Origin: Zygnema circumcarinatum SAG 698-1b
Lineage: Eukaryota; Plantae; Zygnematophyceae
Direction of reading: 5' to 3'
Assembly (NCBI GenBank): GCA_037447605.1
Contig: CM074808.1
Location: 1,612,001-1,676,000, forward strand
DNA: 64,000 nucleotides
Under the pieces are notes generated by a model. That model ran no database searches and was not told the DNA's origin. It saw only the letters and a program-made list of their open reading frames with translations. Positions within the stretch are counted from its first letter, which is position 1, and the number at the start of each line of letters is the position of its first letter. Shown here one piece after another: positions 36,565-49,700 of the stretch. The translations under genes were made by a program, and so were the position numbers.

Positions 36565-36715
36565 TGTGACCACGTCCCATGCGACCCATCTCCGATGTGA
36601 CCATGCGACTATGTCCCATAGCCATGGCATACCACTAGCGACTATGTCCCAGGCCCATGGCCATGCGACTATGTTCCATGGCCATGCGACTATGTCCCAT
36701 GCCCATGGCCATGCC
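36565..36715 (+). repeat. Degenerate minisatellite of about 21 bp (CCATGGCCATGCGACTATGTC-like)
   Basis: gcgactatgt(c/t) occurs 4 times with ccatggccat linkers. Confidence 0.8.
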
Positions 36716-37024
36716 CGCCTGCCTGCCCGCCGAGAGGCGGGGCGCCACGTGGCCCCCGCAACGGTTCGTTTGCAACCGCCCCCCCCCCCCCACCCGGCCA
36801 GTTTGAAATCGCCTCTCTCGCCGGCGTCGCCGCGGCCGCCCGGGCGGGCCCGCACGCGCCAGCCGTGCCCCGCCGCGCATCCGCGCGCCGCCCGCCACGT
36901 GGCGCAATAGAAGCCGTCGATTCGCAGTGGACGGCCCGTCCGGGCGACGACTCCCGCTATGTGGCCGTTGGCTGCTGCACGCGCGGTTTGGTTTGGTTTG
37001 GTTTCGCCTCTTGCCGAGCCTCGG

Positions 37025-37031
37025 GCTGCTG

Positions 37032-37062
<31 letters not shown>
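37025..37062 (+). repeat. (CTG)n trinucleotide tract in the MYB3R 5' leader
   Basis: gctgctgctactgctgctg...gctgc. Confidence 0.9.
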
Positions 37063-37265
37063 CGCGGAGCCCTGCTGGCGCGATGAGCTTCAAATTTCTG
37101 GCTAGGGTTTGGGTTCTGGCGAGGTTCTCTTGCAACTAGTTGCCGTTCTGGTGGCTGGCTGGAGTTTAGGAGGGTGTTTGGGGGGTTTATGGGCGTGCGG
37201 TGGAAAGGAGAGGCTTGAACTTTGTGACTTCGGTTGGAAGCTGTTAACAAAGATTTTTTTGGAGT

Positions 37266-40200
37266 ATGATTAAAATGGAGGACGCTATGACTGAAGATTC
37301 GATGTCGAAAGAAGTGCCAGAAGCTATGGATGAAGGGGGATTGTCCGAAAGGCAGGAAGGCAGCCCGGGTCCGACAAGCAGGGATGAGCTTAATGGATCT
37401 CAAGGAAATGGAGTTGCCAGTACATCAGAGTCTGAAGACGACCGTCTTCTCAAACTTCCACCCGTTCAGGGGTGAGAGAGCTAGCGCCAGTACTCTTTGT
37501 TAAGGTGGACTCAGGAGTAGAGAGGAAATGTATGGAACCTTCTGCTTTTCCCTGATTGGAATATAAAGGGTATTTTATTTGCAGGAAGACAGGGGGGCCT
37601 ACACGAAGGTCTTCAAAGGGTGGCTGGACTCCGGAAGAGGCAAGTGTTGAAGTTTTGTTGAAAGGCCGCAATATGTGTAGCTGCTGGACGCACATGCACT
37701 GACGATTATGTTACTCAGATAGCTCGCACGAACTAGTCTTAATATTTCTTTAATGTGTGAGAACGGACAGTTTTTAACAGTGCAGACAGAGCTCTGGGAT
37801 CACTTTGCTTTTGGGATAGTTGTTTAGGAGATACAGGCTTTTCTTCCTCGTTATCTGCAGTGAAGTATCAACTAAATAGCATGGAATAGTGGTGTTGACT
37901 GCAGCTCCATCTCGATGGTATGCCTCTTTGAGTGGTATTCTTGGACAGTGTATTAGTAATAGGAATGTTGGATGTAACCTGCTTTCCCATTCTGAGATGC
38001 CACTCCATGTTCAGTGGATAGCCACCAGATGGATTGAGTCTAGACAGTTGAAGGCTTGGAGTTTTCATTACATGCAATAAGCTTTGCAGAGTCAGGGTTG
38101 GTTTTGCCTTTTCCCAACCTTGCTCACGCAGATTAGATTGTATGTTAACTATTGACGGTAGAATAAGTCCCAGAGGCGCTTGGCTCGTTCGCTGAAGGGA
38201 CACCGTGGCATGCTGTATTGTCTGTCGCCAGGATGAAATACTTCGACGAGCTGTTCAGTGCTTTAAGGGCAAGAACTGGAAGAAAATTGGTCAGTCCTCA
38301 TTCCTGGTTACAACGTCCACTGCTTAACTGTTTGCATGCCCGTCTCAACTTTCGGGAAAGTTGCACAATTATTGGCGATTTCTTTGAAAGCAGCAGCATT
38401 GAAATTGCTCTCTGTGGTTAACAGCAGGTGAGGTTTTTGAAATCTGTAGCAGTTCAGAGTTTTTGCTGAATCCCTTTTTGGTGTTGTATGCAGCCGAGTT
38501 CTTTCCTGATCGTACCGACGTGCAGTGCCTGCATAGGTGGCAGAAAGTTCTCAATCCCGACCTTGTGAAGGGACCTTGGACCAAAGAGGTGCAATTCCCG
38601 TCAGCTTACCGACTAAGTTATTCGTAGGTGCTTGGAGGATCTTGGCATAGAAGTTCACTTGTGTCGAGGTGCCGTTGCTGGGGCTTCCGGTTACGAGAGG
38701 CCGTTACGGCACATAACGGCACATCCCTTGTGTCTTTGCCAAGTCAGCTGTAGGTTTTGGATAGCGAGAATCTGAGTTCAGATAACACTTTTGAGGAGAA
38801 AACTTGTAATCTGGAGTGCTTGCATTTGAGAAGTACGCCATTGTTTAGGCAGTTCTTTGTGGATTTTGCAGGAGGACGAGAGAATCGTTGAGCTGGTGCA
38901 GAAGTATGGGGCCAAGAAATGGTCCATCATTGCGCGAAATCTTCCTGGTCGGATCGGCAAACAGTGCCGAGAGAGGTGCGTGTGTCATCAATAATCATTT
39001 CTGGGTGCACGTCAGTGTCTCTGAAGTTTGTGGTTTTATTCCGTGGATATCAACTGATGAACTGGAATGTGGAACCGGTTCCAAACATGAGTAGCACAGG
39101 TGAGGTCGATGAATACTACTTAGGTCTTTGCCACAATGTGGAGATGCGTTGTCATCCTTTTGAGTTTTTAAGAAGACTTTTTTGTTGCTTGCAGATGGCA
39201 CAATCACCTGAATCCAAACATCAAAAGAGATGCATGGTCGGAGGAGGAGGATCTAGCTCTGATAAAGGCGCATCAGCTATATGGCAACAAATGGGCAGAG
39301 ATAGCAAAGTTCTTACCTGGAAGGTGAGTGCCAAGGAGCATGCCTTATGGCTTCGGTCTGAATTAGAGACACGCTGGCCAGAGATTGCGATGGCACTCTC
39401 AAATGCGAATTGCGATAAAAATCAAGTGTTTGAAGCGTGCAGTGTCTTGCTGGGCTTCCAGGACTGATAACTCGATCAAGAATCACTGGAACTCATGCAT
39501 GAAACGCAAAGTGGATCCTGAAACAGCCACCGATCCAGTTTCAAGAGCTCTTGCTGCATACCAAGCGCGGGAAGATGCAGAGGATGCTGGCATCACTGGA
39601 GAAGACTGCCAAAGAGCTGGAATGGTTCCAGATCCTGCAGCTCCTGAGTCTTTGACTGTTTCAACTGAGGCCATAAGCGCCGTGAAGGAAGAGAAGGATG
39701 AAGAAGTGCTTGAACTTCCTATTAACAGTATGAATCAACCCGAAAATCTTAAATCTATATCTTCCTCAAAAGGGAAACCTGGACCCGCATTTGCTGGCAA
39801 TGAAACTGGGAACCCAGGAGGAAACGAAGAGCCGAAAGTAATCCGTAAGGATGTGAAAGGATCGAGATCTGTTGGTGCTGCATCTGGAAAGGGAGGACCC
39901 AATCGCCGACCTCAGGCCTCAGTCAATACCCCATATAGTCTTGAGGGAAAACAATCATCAGTGCTAGCAATGCCATCAGCCATGTCTGTTCCACCTGTTC
40001 CAGTGCCGATCATTCCAGTCTCGTATCCTTTACCCTCAGAGATCCCCTTGGCCCCTGTCCCCAAAGCTCTCGGAGCTGTTCCAGCTCCAATGATGCCTCT
40101 TCCCCTCTCAATGAATATACCTTCATTACCTACCTATTTTGGTGGAGTAGCTGGTCCTCGGATGCTCTCCAACTTTTCTTCGGCAGTGTTAAAAGCCTGT

Positions 40201-43200
40201 GAACAATCTGTAATTCACCAGCCTTTGGGAATCGGTGTCAAGACTGAACCAGTTACATATGAGACGTTAGCAGAAGGCCGAGTTTTTCAGGCTTCCTGCC
40301 CAGTAGAAGTTGTTATGAGTGACGAGCATGACTCGGAAACTGGGAAGGTTTCCCCTCGTGGCGATTGCGTGCACAGAGAAGACGGATTCCAGCCTTGCGA
40401 GGTGCCAATGGAAAACTTTGATACGACAGTCAAGGTGGAGGCTTCCTCTGAGTTTGAGGCCTTCTCCCCTGCAGTGAAGAACTCAGTATGTTACCAGAAC
40501 GTACAAGACATGGATGTGCCTTTCTTCAATTACAACCTGTTGAGCCCATCGGATCCTACCAGACTGGCCTACTCTCCTTTAGGTATGCGGAATATTGCTC
40601 CAGCATTTTGCAGTACTCCCATGAGTTTGCCATTGTCCTCCTCTCCAGTGCCAGGCAATGGCAGCCCGTTATCAAAGCTACGAAGTGCAGCCAAGTCATT
40701 CAGTAATACACCCTCTATTTTGAGGAAAAGGAGACGACTATTGGAACCAAGTCTAGGTACCACAAGTGCTGGCCGTGAGGAACCATCATCGTCTGCTCCT
40801 TTGGCAGAAGCCGGAAAGAAGTTAGACGATGGGCAGTTTTCAAACGATTCTCATCAGCAGCCAACCTCGGCAGTCACAGAGTTATCTACTCCTGCTGCAT
40901 CTCAAGCGCCGAATTCTTTGAACCCTTCCAGTCTGCAAAATGCTCCTCTGAAGTCAGCAAGTCAAGACTGCCAGACAAGGGCTGATCCCATGGCAATTGC
41001 TAATGCACAGTCAGATCCAAAACTGACAAACCCTGGGAAGCAGCCACATCCCACTTCCAGTTCATCTGGAGAGGATTTTAATAAAGGAGGGAGGGAGGAC
41101 TTAACGAAGAATGTCGGAGGTTCATCTGGTGATAGCTACCAGCAGTCTTCTGATCGTCCACTCCCATCTACACCTCCGCACCGATTGCCGTCTAGAGTAT
41201 CTGGTCTTACAGGAAACTCACAACCTTCTGGGTTTGTTTACGGAGCTATTCTGCCGATGCGAATGCCACCTCAGCTCCAGCCAATACAGCTGAGAAAGAA
41301 TACGACAAATAGCGAGACTAGTGTCAATGGCGGGAGAAACCAGCAGGTTAAAGAAGGGGTTGCTCTGACAGTACGAAATGCTGAGATGGTTTGTGAGCCA
41401 AGAAGCTTAGGGAATGGATCTGGCAATGTAGGAGGCAAAGAACGGGATTCAAATGTAAATGGACGAGGAGAAAGACGGATGTTACAACTTGTTTCAAAGG
41501 TGCAGTAATTCATTCCAACGCCTTCAATTTCAGTATTTCCCCTCGCACAGTAATGAAAAGACGAGCAAAAAAAAATGTGTGGGGTCTCTGTTGCGTCTTC
41601 TGTACGGTATTCTTGTTTTTGTAAACGATTGCGTGTCATATTCAATCTTTACGCCCTGCAGAGTGAGGGTTTGACTTTCTTGGAACTGAGGCTATCAACA
41701 AAAAGAGCTCTGCACTATTAGCCTATGTGGCAGGGAGTTCTGCTGGCCAGAGTGATACTCTGATATTTTAAACAGTCATCGATTTGTGCTGTCTTCACCT
41801 TCTGGGAATTGCTCAATCTGTGCCAAAAGCTCACTGCATTGGTGTCGTCCATCCCCCCCCCTCTGGTGGTGCAGGAAGTGGGACGTGATGGAGTGTCAGT
41901 TGCAGAATCCTCGGTGCTTGTGGAGCAGCGCCTGAATGTTCCGCCAGCAAGCATGCTTGTGGAAGGCAGCAGCTTTCACGCACCTGTCCTGTTGAGAGCA
42001 TCTGTGGGAGGAGCCCCTGCCTCCTACCTGGTGGCTCCTGTTGGCCCTGGGTTTGCAGGGTTGAAGGCAGCTCTGACAGCTGCCGGAGGCTACGAGCAGA
42101 TCCGGTTTGAAACTATGCAGGTGCCTATGTTGAGGATGTCAGCACCTACATGTGGGAATGCATCAGAATATGAGACGCTGCCTGCTACTGTACCGGCGCA
42201 GAAAAACATTATGGCTGCGATGAATTTGGCAATGGGAGGCACTGAGATGACGCCCGAGAAGGAGAGCTGCCGATCTGGAGTCTCTGATGCAGAAATGGAC
42301 ACTCAGCCTCAGTTTCATGCACCTCCAGTAGTTCGGAGTCAGTCGTTTGACGGTGCAAGAGAGGGAGGAGAGAGTTTCGAGGTTGATGCCGGGCAAGATT
42401 GGGCCAACGATTCGTCCGTGCCGCCCCCTGAGCGGTTGACACCTGGACCCCGCTCAAGAGGGGCATGGCATGTCACTTGTGATGGATTGGCCGGCAATGA
42501 GCCAGATGGACCTGCTTTGTGAGAATCACTCCCCTGAACGGCTTTTATAAGATGCTTTCTTACGCTGCTATTGACTTGCCACTATGGCCATCTTTGACAT
42601 TGCCTCTGTTGCTCGTTCCATAACTTTTGCCGATGTTCTTTGCCCTTTTTATGAGGCGTCCCTTTTCAAGACACTAAATTTGGCAGCTGACGGTTGGTTT
42701 GCATATTGCAGTGTGAGCGGTGTGCTAAGGGTGGAAGGCGTAGTGGACTCTCCGGCATCCACATGGAGAACACCGTGGAAGCTGGAAATTCTGGGATCTG
42801 CACGCAAAAGTAGTGATTCCCTCATGGAGGTTGGCGACATATGCCCAATGCTTCGGGAATGTCGCAAGCAGGTTACCAATGATATGAGCGCAGGAAGTTT
42901 CTGCATGTTGGCATTATTGTGATTGTGGTGCTGATGACTCTATGACTGGACAGGGAGCGCGCATGGAAGTGAACTGTGCTCTTGACCTCACCCTTTTGCG
43001 GCGTCAGCTTTCGGTTTTAACGCGGCTGGGCGGTTATGCAGGAACTTGATGGCCTACTTGGAGAAGACCCCCCCAAGCCTGTCAATCTGATGCGGCAGCT
43101 TGATGAAGACGACACTGAGGATCCGACAAGGCCAGATGCAGAACTTGCAAAGATGCATACTCCAGTGTCCAAAATAAAGCCTGAACGTTGGGGCACTCCT

Positions 43201-43660
43201 GCCAGCAATCTTCTTGGTTTCAGTGTTCTAAAGGAAAATCATCCGGTTGACAGTCCAATGTCGTTGGGAAACCTACCGTCCCCTTTCGCCAACAACTGGC
43301 TTTCGGTGAGTGTCAAACAAACGACAAGTTCATGGTAGTGGTCGTTGTTTGCTCTCATGCTCTAATCGCCACCGTGATCCTCCCATTATGTCCCTGTCAC
43401 TAGGCCGGCAACTTAAGCTGTCCACATGTAGACATGCACGGCAGGCCTGGCTTATTTTGCCCTTTGGAACTCTTGCTTTCTTGCAGCCTTTTCGACCCCT
43501 TGATTTGAGCGGGACCGAGCTATTCCCGATATCCCCTCTGCTTCCTGTTCGGAGAACAATTTCAAGTGGTAGCGTTGATGCGGATGACGGCGTTTCACGG
43601 GGAGGGCCCGCTAATGAATCGTTTAGCCCGTCAGTATACCTACTGAAGGAATGCCGGTGA
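37266..43660 (+). CDS. MYB3R: Three-repeat c-Myb-like transcription factor (R1R2R3)
   Basis: RRSSKGGWTPEE|DEILRRAVQCFKGKNWKKI|AEFFPDRTDVQCLHRWQKVLNPDLVKGPWTKE|EDERIVELVQKYGAKKWSIIARNLPGRIGKQCRER|WHNHLNPNIKRDAWSEEED...GNKWAEIAKFLPGR|TDNSIKNHWNS; later KLRSAAKSFSNTPSILRKRRR and a terminal SPSVYLLKECR*. Exons in the distal low-complexity part are approximate. Confidence 0.95.
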
Positions 43661-45296
43661 AATTCTCACAACCGAGGTGGAACCTTGGTACGTCTCATTC
43701 CTTGAGAACGTGCTTGTGCAATAGTCTGCACTTGTGTGGTAGGAGCAAATATAAGTTTGTATCCTGAGTGACTTCCCTGTAACAATGTTGTAAAAGGCTT
43801 GCCTCTATGAGGGCTTCTAGTTGCTGCCCGAGGGTGCTCAGCTAGAACAGGCCTAGTCATTGCAAACTGTACCAGGCGCACGTCCTGTGGCTTTTTTGTG
43901 CACTACTTAACTTCGCTTGTAGCTTAGACTCCTGTACTTAGGACCTGCACTACTAGCCATGCATATATTCGCTTTGCTTACCTTAGTCAGAGAGAGTTCA
44001 TACCTGTTTGCTTAAGCGAGAGTTGGGGCTTTCTTTGTTCAAAAGGGTTTCAATCCCGTGTAAGCTTTTAACTGGTCAATGATAATTTGGTACCATCCTT
44101 CGTATTGCGTCCAAATGTGCTGGCTGCAATCAGCCTTCCTTGCCCTGTGTTGATTGGTTTTGGGAATCGTTGGGTTCCTGGGCTAGCCTGCTCAGCTTAG
44201 AAAGAGGTTAATTTCTGAGAGTTCCTTGCCGCCTTTGAAACTCGGCAATTATTTCTGTCCGACAAAGCTGGACTTCCGCTGGCAGATATGAACGAAAAAC
44301 AAGGAAGAAGAAATGTAGCCCAAGTAGAACAGCCACTTCGAGTGTCTGTGCAGGTGCAGCCCCTGATAGTGTGGGCTGTAGAAGCTGGTGAGATGCCGAC
44401 TTGGAATCCATAGACGCAAAGGAATGGAAAGGTCACGCCGATCCAGAAAATAATGCTTCACACGCGGAGAAAGGCGGCCTGACGATATGCAGTGCGTCGA
44501 GTCTGTGACTGACTGCATTTGGACACCCGTTTTCCTCACAATTGGGAGGGCATAGCCTCTCATGGGGTCGTGACTAAGGTCCAAGAAAGGTCCAGGCACT
44601 GTAAAGCTTTACAGGAAAAGGGGGGCAAAAGGCAAAATCCAGACGCAAACATAACATATATGCCAAGGTTCAGAAGAACAATACGGTTGCTCTTTAACGA
44701 ATTCCAGAACGGCAAACTCCAGAGCATTGAAGAACCAAACAAGACGAATATCTAACTGTACATGGAATCACCACACCGTCACCACTAGATCAGGTTATTT
44801 ATCGAGAACAGTCTACTAGCTGACTGTCTACAAATGTATATCCCAAGGGAAGGAGAAGGTTGCTTATTGGAAGATGAAAGAGAGCTCCTCTACAACATTT
44901 TAGCATTGATGAGCAAATCGGATGTCCAAAACACTTCAGGCCCTTCCAGGTGAAAGTGATTGACGAATCATTAGCCTCAATATACTTCAAGATTGATCTC
45001 TGTTCTGGCGGTGTAAGGAAAAATTGCAACTGCTTCTTTACTTCTGATTGCCCTAAAGTACGCATAACTAACCAAGATACAGCGTCTGTGTGATCAAAAT
45101 TAAATGTCAAGTTGAGAGCCTGGCAACAATATGCTAAAAGGAGAACAAAGACAACTGTTTACGAAAATATACCTATTCTGCTCTCAGCAAATAGAAAAAC
45201 CTAATATTGCCACACCTCGCCATATTCAACCATGTAAGCTGTGAGAAAACGCCAAAGGCCACACTACCCGAGCAATATGGGTAGTTTAGTGCCACC

Positions 45297-45976
45297 TCAC
45301 TGGCCTCGTGATTCTTGTTGTCGTCGCTGCTCTTCATACTTTTGTGCCAGCAGCAGCTGGTCTCGGAGTACTCCTCGGTGAAGATTCTGCACAAAGCCAA
45401 GGGAAGTGCTTCCAAACTTAGACCAAGGGCCCTTTAGCTTAAGCTTCCGAGTAATTGCAGTATCAAAGAACACAAAAGAGCTAAAACTTTCCAAGTCCTT
45501 CATCCGCAGTGTATCTCACTTAAGCCTTTCCCTCTCTCTCCTTTCACTTTTCTCCAAAATTCGCCTGTCTACCTCCCCAATTTATATCCTGCTCCCCCCC
45601 CCTCCACCACGCCTCTTATCTTCTTTCAACTTTTCTTCCCTGTTCTTTCTGCACAGCTACAGCCAGCCACATTATTACTTCCAACGACACCGGACTATAA
45701 AAACGTCAGAAGCAGTTGCTCTGATAACTGTGCCCTGGTTAGGTTGAATATCCGCGTCGTCAATTCATCACAAGTTCAAGTTTGTTGCAGAAGGCGCAAA
45801 GCCGAGCAGCCCTAGTGGAGAAGCGCCGCCTCTCTGCCGCGGAGCAGCAGTGGCGGTGAGCACAGAGAGTAGGCTCATACCCTGCGCTCCAGCTTCTGGC
45901 TGTAGTGCACGTAGTACACCCCCGCGCCTGTCACCGCAGCCACAGCGAGCAGAGTCACAGCAGCTCCCCGCGACAT
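45297..45976 (-). CDS. PET117: Cytochrome c oxidase assembly factor PET117 homolog, 61 aa (exons 45976-45881 and 45386-45297)
   Basis: Spliced product MSRGAAVTLLAVAAVTGAGVYYVHYSQKLERR|NLHRGVLRDQLLLAQKYEEQRRQQESRGQ*. It has the MSR start, a hydrophobic helix, VHxxQxxER and LHxGVxRD, typical of PET117. The intron is GT-AG in phase 0. Confidence 0.85.
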
Positions 45977-46167
45977 GGCCGTGAGGATGAGGGCTGATCA
46001 ATGAGCGGAGGGGAGCAGAGAAGAGGGGAGGAGAGAGAAAGAAAGGAGGGAAAAAAACACAAAAAACAAGGGGAGAGAAAGCACCACAGGACCGGGAGCC
46101 TGTAGCGGGCGTATTCGCGGGGGCCTTGCCAAAGCTGAAGCTGTAAGTGGAGGAGATTGCCAACTCC

Positions 46168-49100
46168 ATGGCTACCAAAGCTCCCTCAGCTATACGCGCA
46201 GCCCTTCGTTACCCCTCCTGGATGATCGCTTCTCTGAGAGTGAGTGATGCCGAGCTCCCCTTTCAGCTTGTTCTGCCTGAAAACCTTCGGGGATTTCAGA
46301 GTTGTTGGAGGATTCTTATTTGCCGAAGAGGCCTGTGAAGCTGGTGGCAATTCTCCGTGGCATTAGCTTCACCAATATGGCATCGGAATAGGGCTTGGAA
46401 ATTGCCAACTTTTGGCTCTAAACTATTCATTTTTTTTGCTTACATTGTTATCCATATAGGGAGATACAAATCTTCTAAGCGGAGCGGCTTTTCAACCGTG
46501 GCTTCTTCAACAGTCTCGTTCAAAGCGGAAGCTATCTGTCGTATTGATTTCAGTAAGTGTTCACAAGATCCATTTTAGTACCTCCATCTAACTGCTGGAA
46601 ACTTCACGTTGATGTTCGAGAGTGTATGAAGTTGAAAGTAAGAAGAAGAAACAGCGAATCTTATCTCGGACTGTAAAGCCATTTGGATTGGCTATGGCTC
46701 TATGATATCTTGTAATCCATCCTGGAAGACGGAAAAGATATACAGCTCGCCATCTTGGCATGCCAGACGCAAAAGCATTGCCATTTCTACCAATTGTAGG
46801 AAGAATTGTAGAGATTTTCCATTCTTCATTAGGAATGGAGAATTTCATCGCCAAGATGTGACTTGAGAATGTAATTTCTATTCTCAATTGGAATGGAGTT
46901 GACCATTGAGATGATGATTCAGCTGCTTCTTGTTCACTGTCTATAGCTCTTGATTAATTGATTATTTTTTGTGTCCTTGAACGCGCCAACATGGCTGCCA
47001 CCGTGCTTCTGGAAGCCTTCTCCATAAATCAATGGGCGTTGAAATTTCTAAGGGAGGACAAGCAAGTCCGTCACCTAAATAATATTGCGGGTTTAGGTAG
47101 TTCCCATGCAAGTCAAATGTATGCACTAACCTATCGAATTGGAGATAGAAATGTTGATCAGCTCATGCATTCTGCATTGGCATCCTTATTTGTTGGTGTT
47201 ATTACTGCGTGTTTTCTTTTTTTTTTGAGAAATGACATAGGGACTTGTAGTATTAAGCACAATTAGATTTGACCATAGAAGGGTTGAGAGACTGAACTAT
47301 ATGGGTCCACCCTTAATGTTGCTATTGAAACGCTCAGTTTCAGGGAAAGTATACGAAGTCTTGGTCAACAGTGTTTAAAAGTTGGCAACTAATGTGAAAC
47401 AAATATTGTAGATGCAGCTGTTGTGAACAAGACCTTCCCTGCTCCAAGCTTTTGAATGCCAAAATTTGACGTAAAGTTGATCGGTTGGGTGTCTTCTGCA
47501 GCACGTAGAGCCTCTTGGCCGGCCCGGTGAAGTGATCCAGGTGGCACCTGGGTATGCACGAAACATGTTGTTACCTCAGAAACTGGCGTTACCTGCAATT
47601 GATAAATATCTGAAACAGGTGGAGGCAGAGCGCAAGGTAACAGGACTTGGGGCTGAGCACAATTGTAGCTTGCATTTAATTGGTGCTTCTGCCAAATTTA
47701 AGCTGTTGCCTTTTCAGGTTTCCCTATTTCTTTTATGTGTGAGAACAAGTCGTCTTTATTCACGTATCTCCACATTAAACAGAAAATGCACGAGATTTGC
47801 ATGTTTTGTTGTGCATCCTGAAAGCCTAAATTGAACTTTCCCTATGTCAGCTTTATCTCTCTGTGCCCCCCCACTCTCTCTCGCAATTCTCACTCTACAA
47901 TAGGGTCTTCACTAGAAGTTCAAGTGCAATCTCTGTGCCAAGGTGCCCATCGTGCTTCAAAGTTCAGCCATAGTGGTAGCACCGATGCAACTTACCTTTC
48001 ATTCGACGAACAAGAGTGCTGCTAGGAAGTTGAAGACGTTACTGTAAAAAGGTCTTCACTTATGGGTTTCGTCGTTTAATTCTCCTACACATCCTCCGTT
48101 TGCGGGGAGCGATGCGCAGAATCAGTTGGTCGAAGTGGTCGAGCAGACAGAGCCGACGAAGACAGAGGAGCGAGTGATCTCAGATGACGATGTCTTTAAG
48201 GAGGCGGAGGAAATTGCAAGGCGACTAGATACAGTGAGACTGGTGAGTTTGCTGGTTCCTGCGCAATAGATTCAAAAGATTACAACTTGCAATGTGTATC
48301 AGACTTGATTGCCTTTTGGTGGATGTTTGGATATTGTGTTGTGTTTGACTCTCGGTTTCAAACCCAGCGTTCCTGCCGGCCATTTGTATTGACGTGAGAC
48401 AGATTCTGGTCAGTCCGTAGGGAAGCAGTGCAGCAAGTCAACAAGAAGCAGGTGGGAAGATGCACGTAGTTTCATGATTTCCAACGTGGGATGCCCCCAC
48501 ATGAAGTCTGGCAAGTTGCAGCAGGGTGCTATGCTATGTTGTATTCGCCATGGTTTTGCCAATCTTTTTGCAAACATATAGGGAAAAACGAACATATCGA
48601 CTGGGGCTGATACAGTTTTAACCAAACAAAAAGAAAGAGCATTTGATCATTTCAGGGAGAGGCTGTGTTAAGTTCCCTCCGGTTTTGTTTTCTTATGGGA
48701 CGCTCATTTTCCCTGACTTGAAATTGAGAGCAGTTATACTAGCTGTTAAATTTTAAGACCCTGCGATTCCATTCGCTTGCAGAACATTCGATGCAATACA
48801 CCCCATAAATCAAGCGAAGTGCGACAGCCTGTCACAGCTGCAAGTATCGTGAGTGAGGTGAGTGAAGTTTGCCCATAGTCATCTGTCATTCGCTTTTTAC
48901 TCCATTCTGCTTAGGATGCACCTCTTTTGCTCACTTATCTCAATTTGGCTTCCTTCCTTGGCATTTCTCCACTTGTTTTGTGCTGCTACGGAGTGGGTAT
49001 GCAGACTGCTACTGAAGCTGCTGGGATTCAGAGATTCTGAATGTTGGCTGTTGTGATTCAAGCAGGTGCGACGGCAGTTGGGTATAGAGATGGCGGAGGG

Positions 49101-49230
49101 AAACCTCAAGCTGGCAGCGGAGCTCACAACAATTGGAGACTACGAGTTGCCACTGCGCTTTCCGAAAGGCGTGAAGCTGCCGGGAGAAAAGGAGGAAATA
49201 CGGCTGAAATTGCGGTTACGGAGAAACTAG
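46168..49230 (+). CDS. RPL9: Ribosomal protein bL9, probably mitochondrial (6 exons)
   Basis: QQSRSKRKLSVVLIS|HVEPLGRPGEVIQVAPGYARNMLLPQKLALPAIDKY...|...EEIARRLDTVRL|...VRQPVTAASIVSE|VRRQLGIEMAEGNL.LAAELTTIGDYELPLRFPK. The GxxGExxxVAPGYxRN L9 signature is present, and the C-terminus is of the plant mitochondrial type. Confidence 0.9.
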
Positions 49231-49700
49231 AAAAGTTATCGGACAGTTGGTAGGAGTTCCAGAATAGAACAAGGGAGCCGCATTGCCTGCTCTAGGGTAT
49301 AGAGAATCGTGTTTCTTTGAGAGCTTAGTTGCTTGTCATTTGTCTGTACCCATTGAGCCCATTGAGCTGCAGATTGGAGCATAGAGTCGTCAGTGTGAGG
49401 CGAGTGCTTAGTAGAAAGGCAACGCATCGCTCATTCTTTTCAACAGGACACTCGGACATGAGAGATGGTCGTTTTCTGTGCTTGCTGCTCCAAACGAGCA
49501 AGATGTTGTGATTGATGGAGGAGCAGCCAACAGAAGAGTTGAAGTCAGCAGCAGTTCAGCAGCCATCCATCGTCAAGCGCTGAACGGAAGTTGATTCGGC
49601 TTTGCGAATTTGTGACTGAAACGGCCTCCAACAGGAACTGGCTCTGCTCCTTTGCTTCTGTAGGCTCTGCTGCCATGAAGCGTTAGTCGATAGGGCTGAG

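Noticed and set aside
44599-44614. 16-bp perfect palindrome CTGTAAAGCTTTACAG
   Set aside because: About one 8-bp-arm palindrome is expected by chance in 64 kb.
44799-45110. 103-aa minus-strand ORF downstream of PET117
   Set aside because: No recognisable motif or splice linkage; the size is compatible with chance.
46588-47266. AT-rich ORFs in RPL9 intron 2 as an organellar or TE insertion
   Set aside because: No identifiable domain, TIR or TSD. A faint HPG..K.Y resemblance to integrase is too weak.
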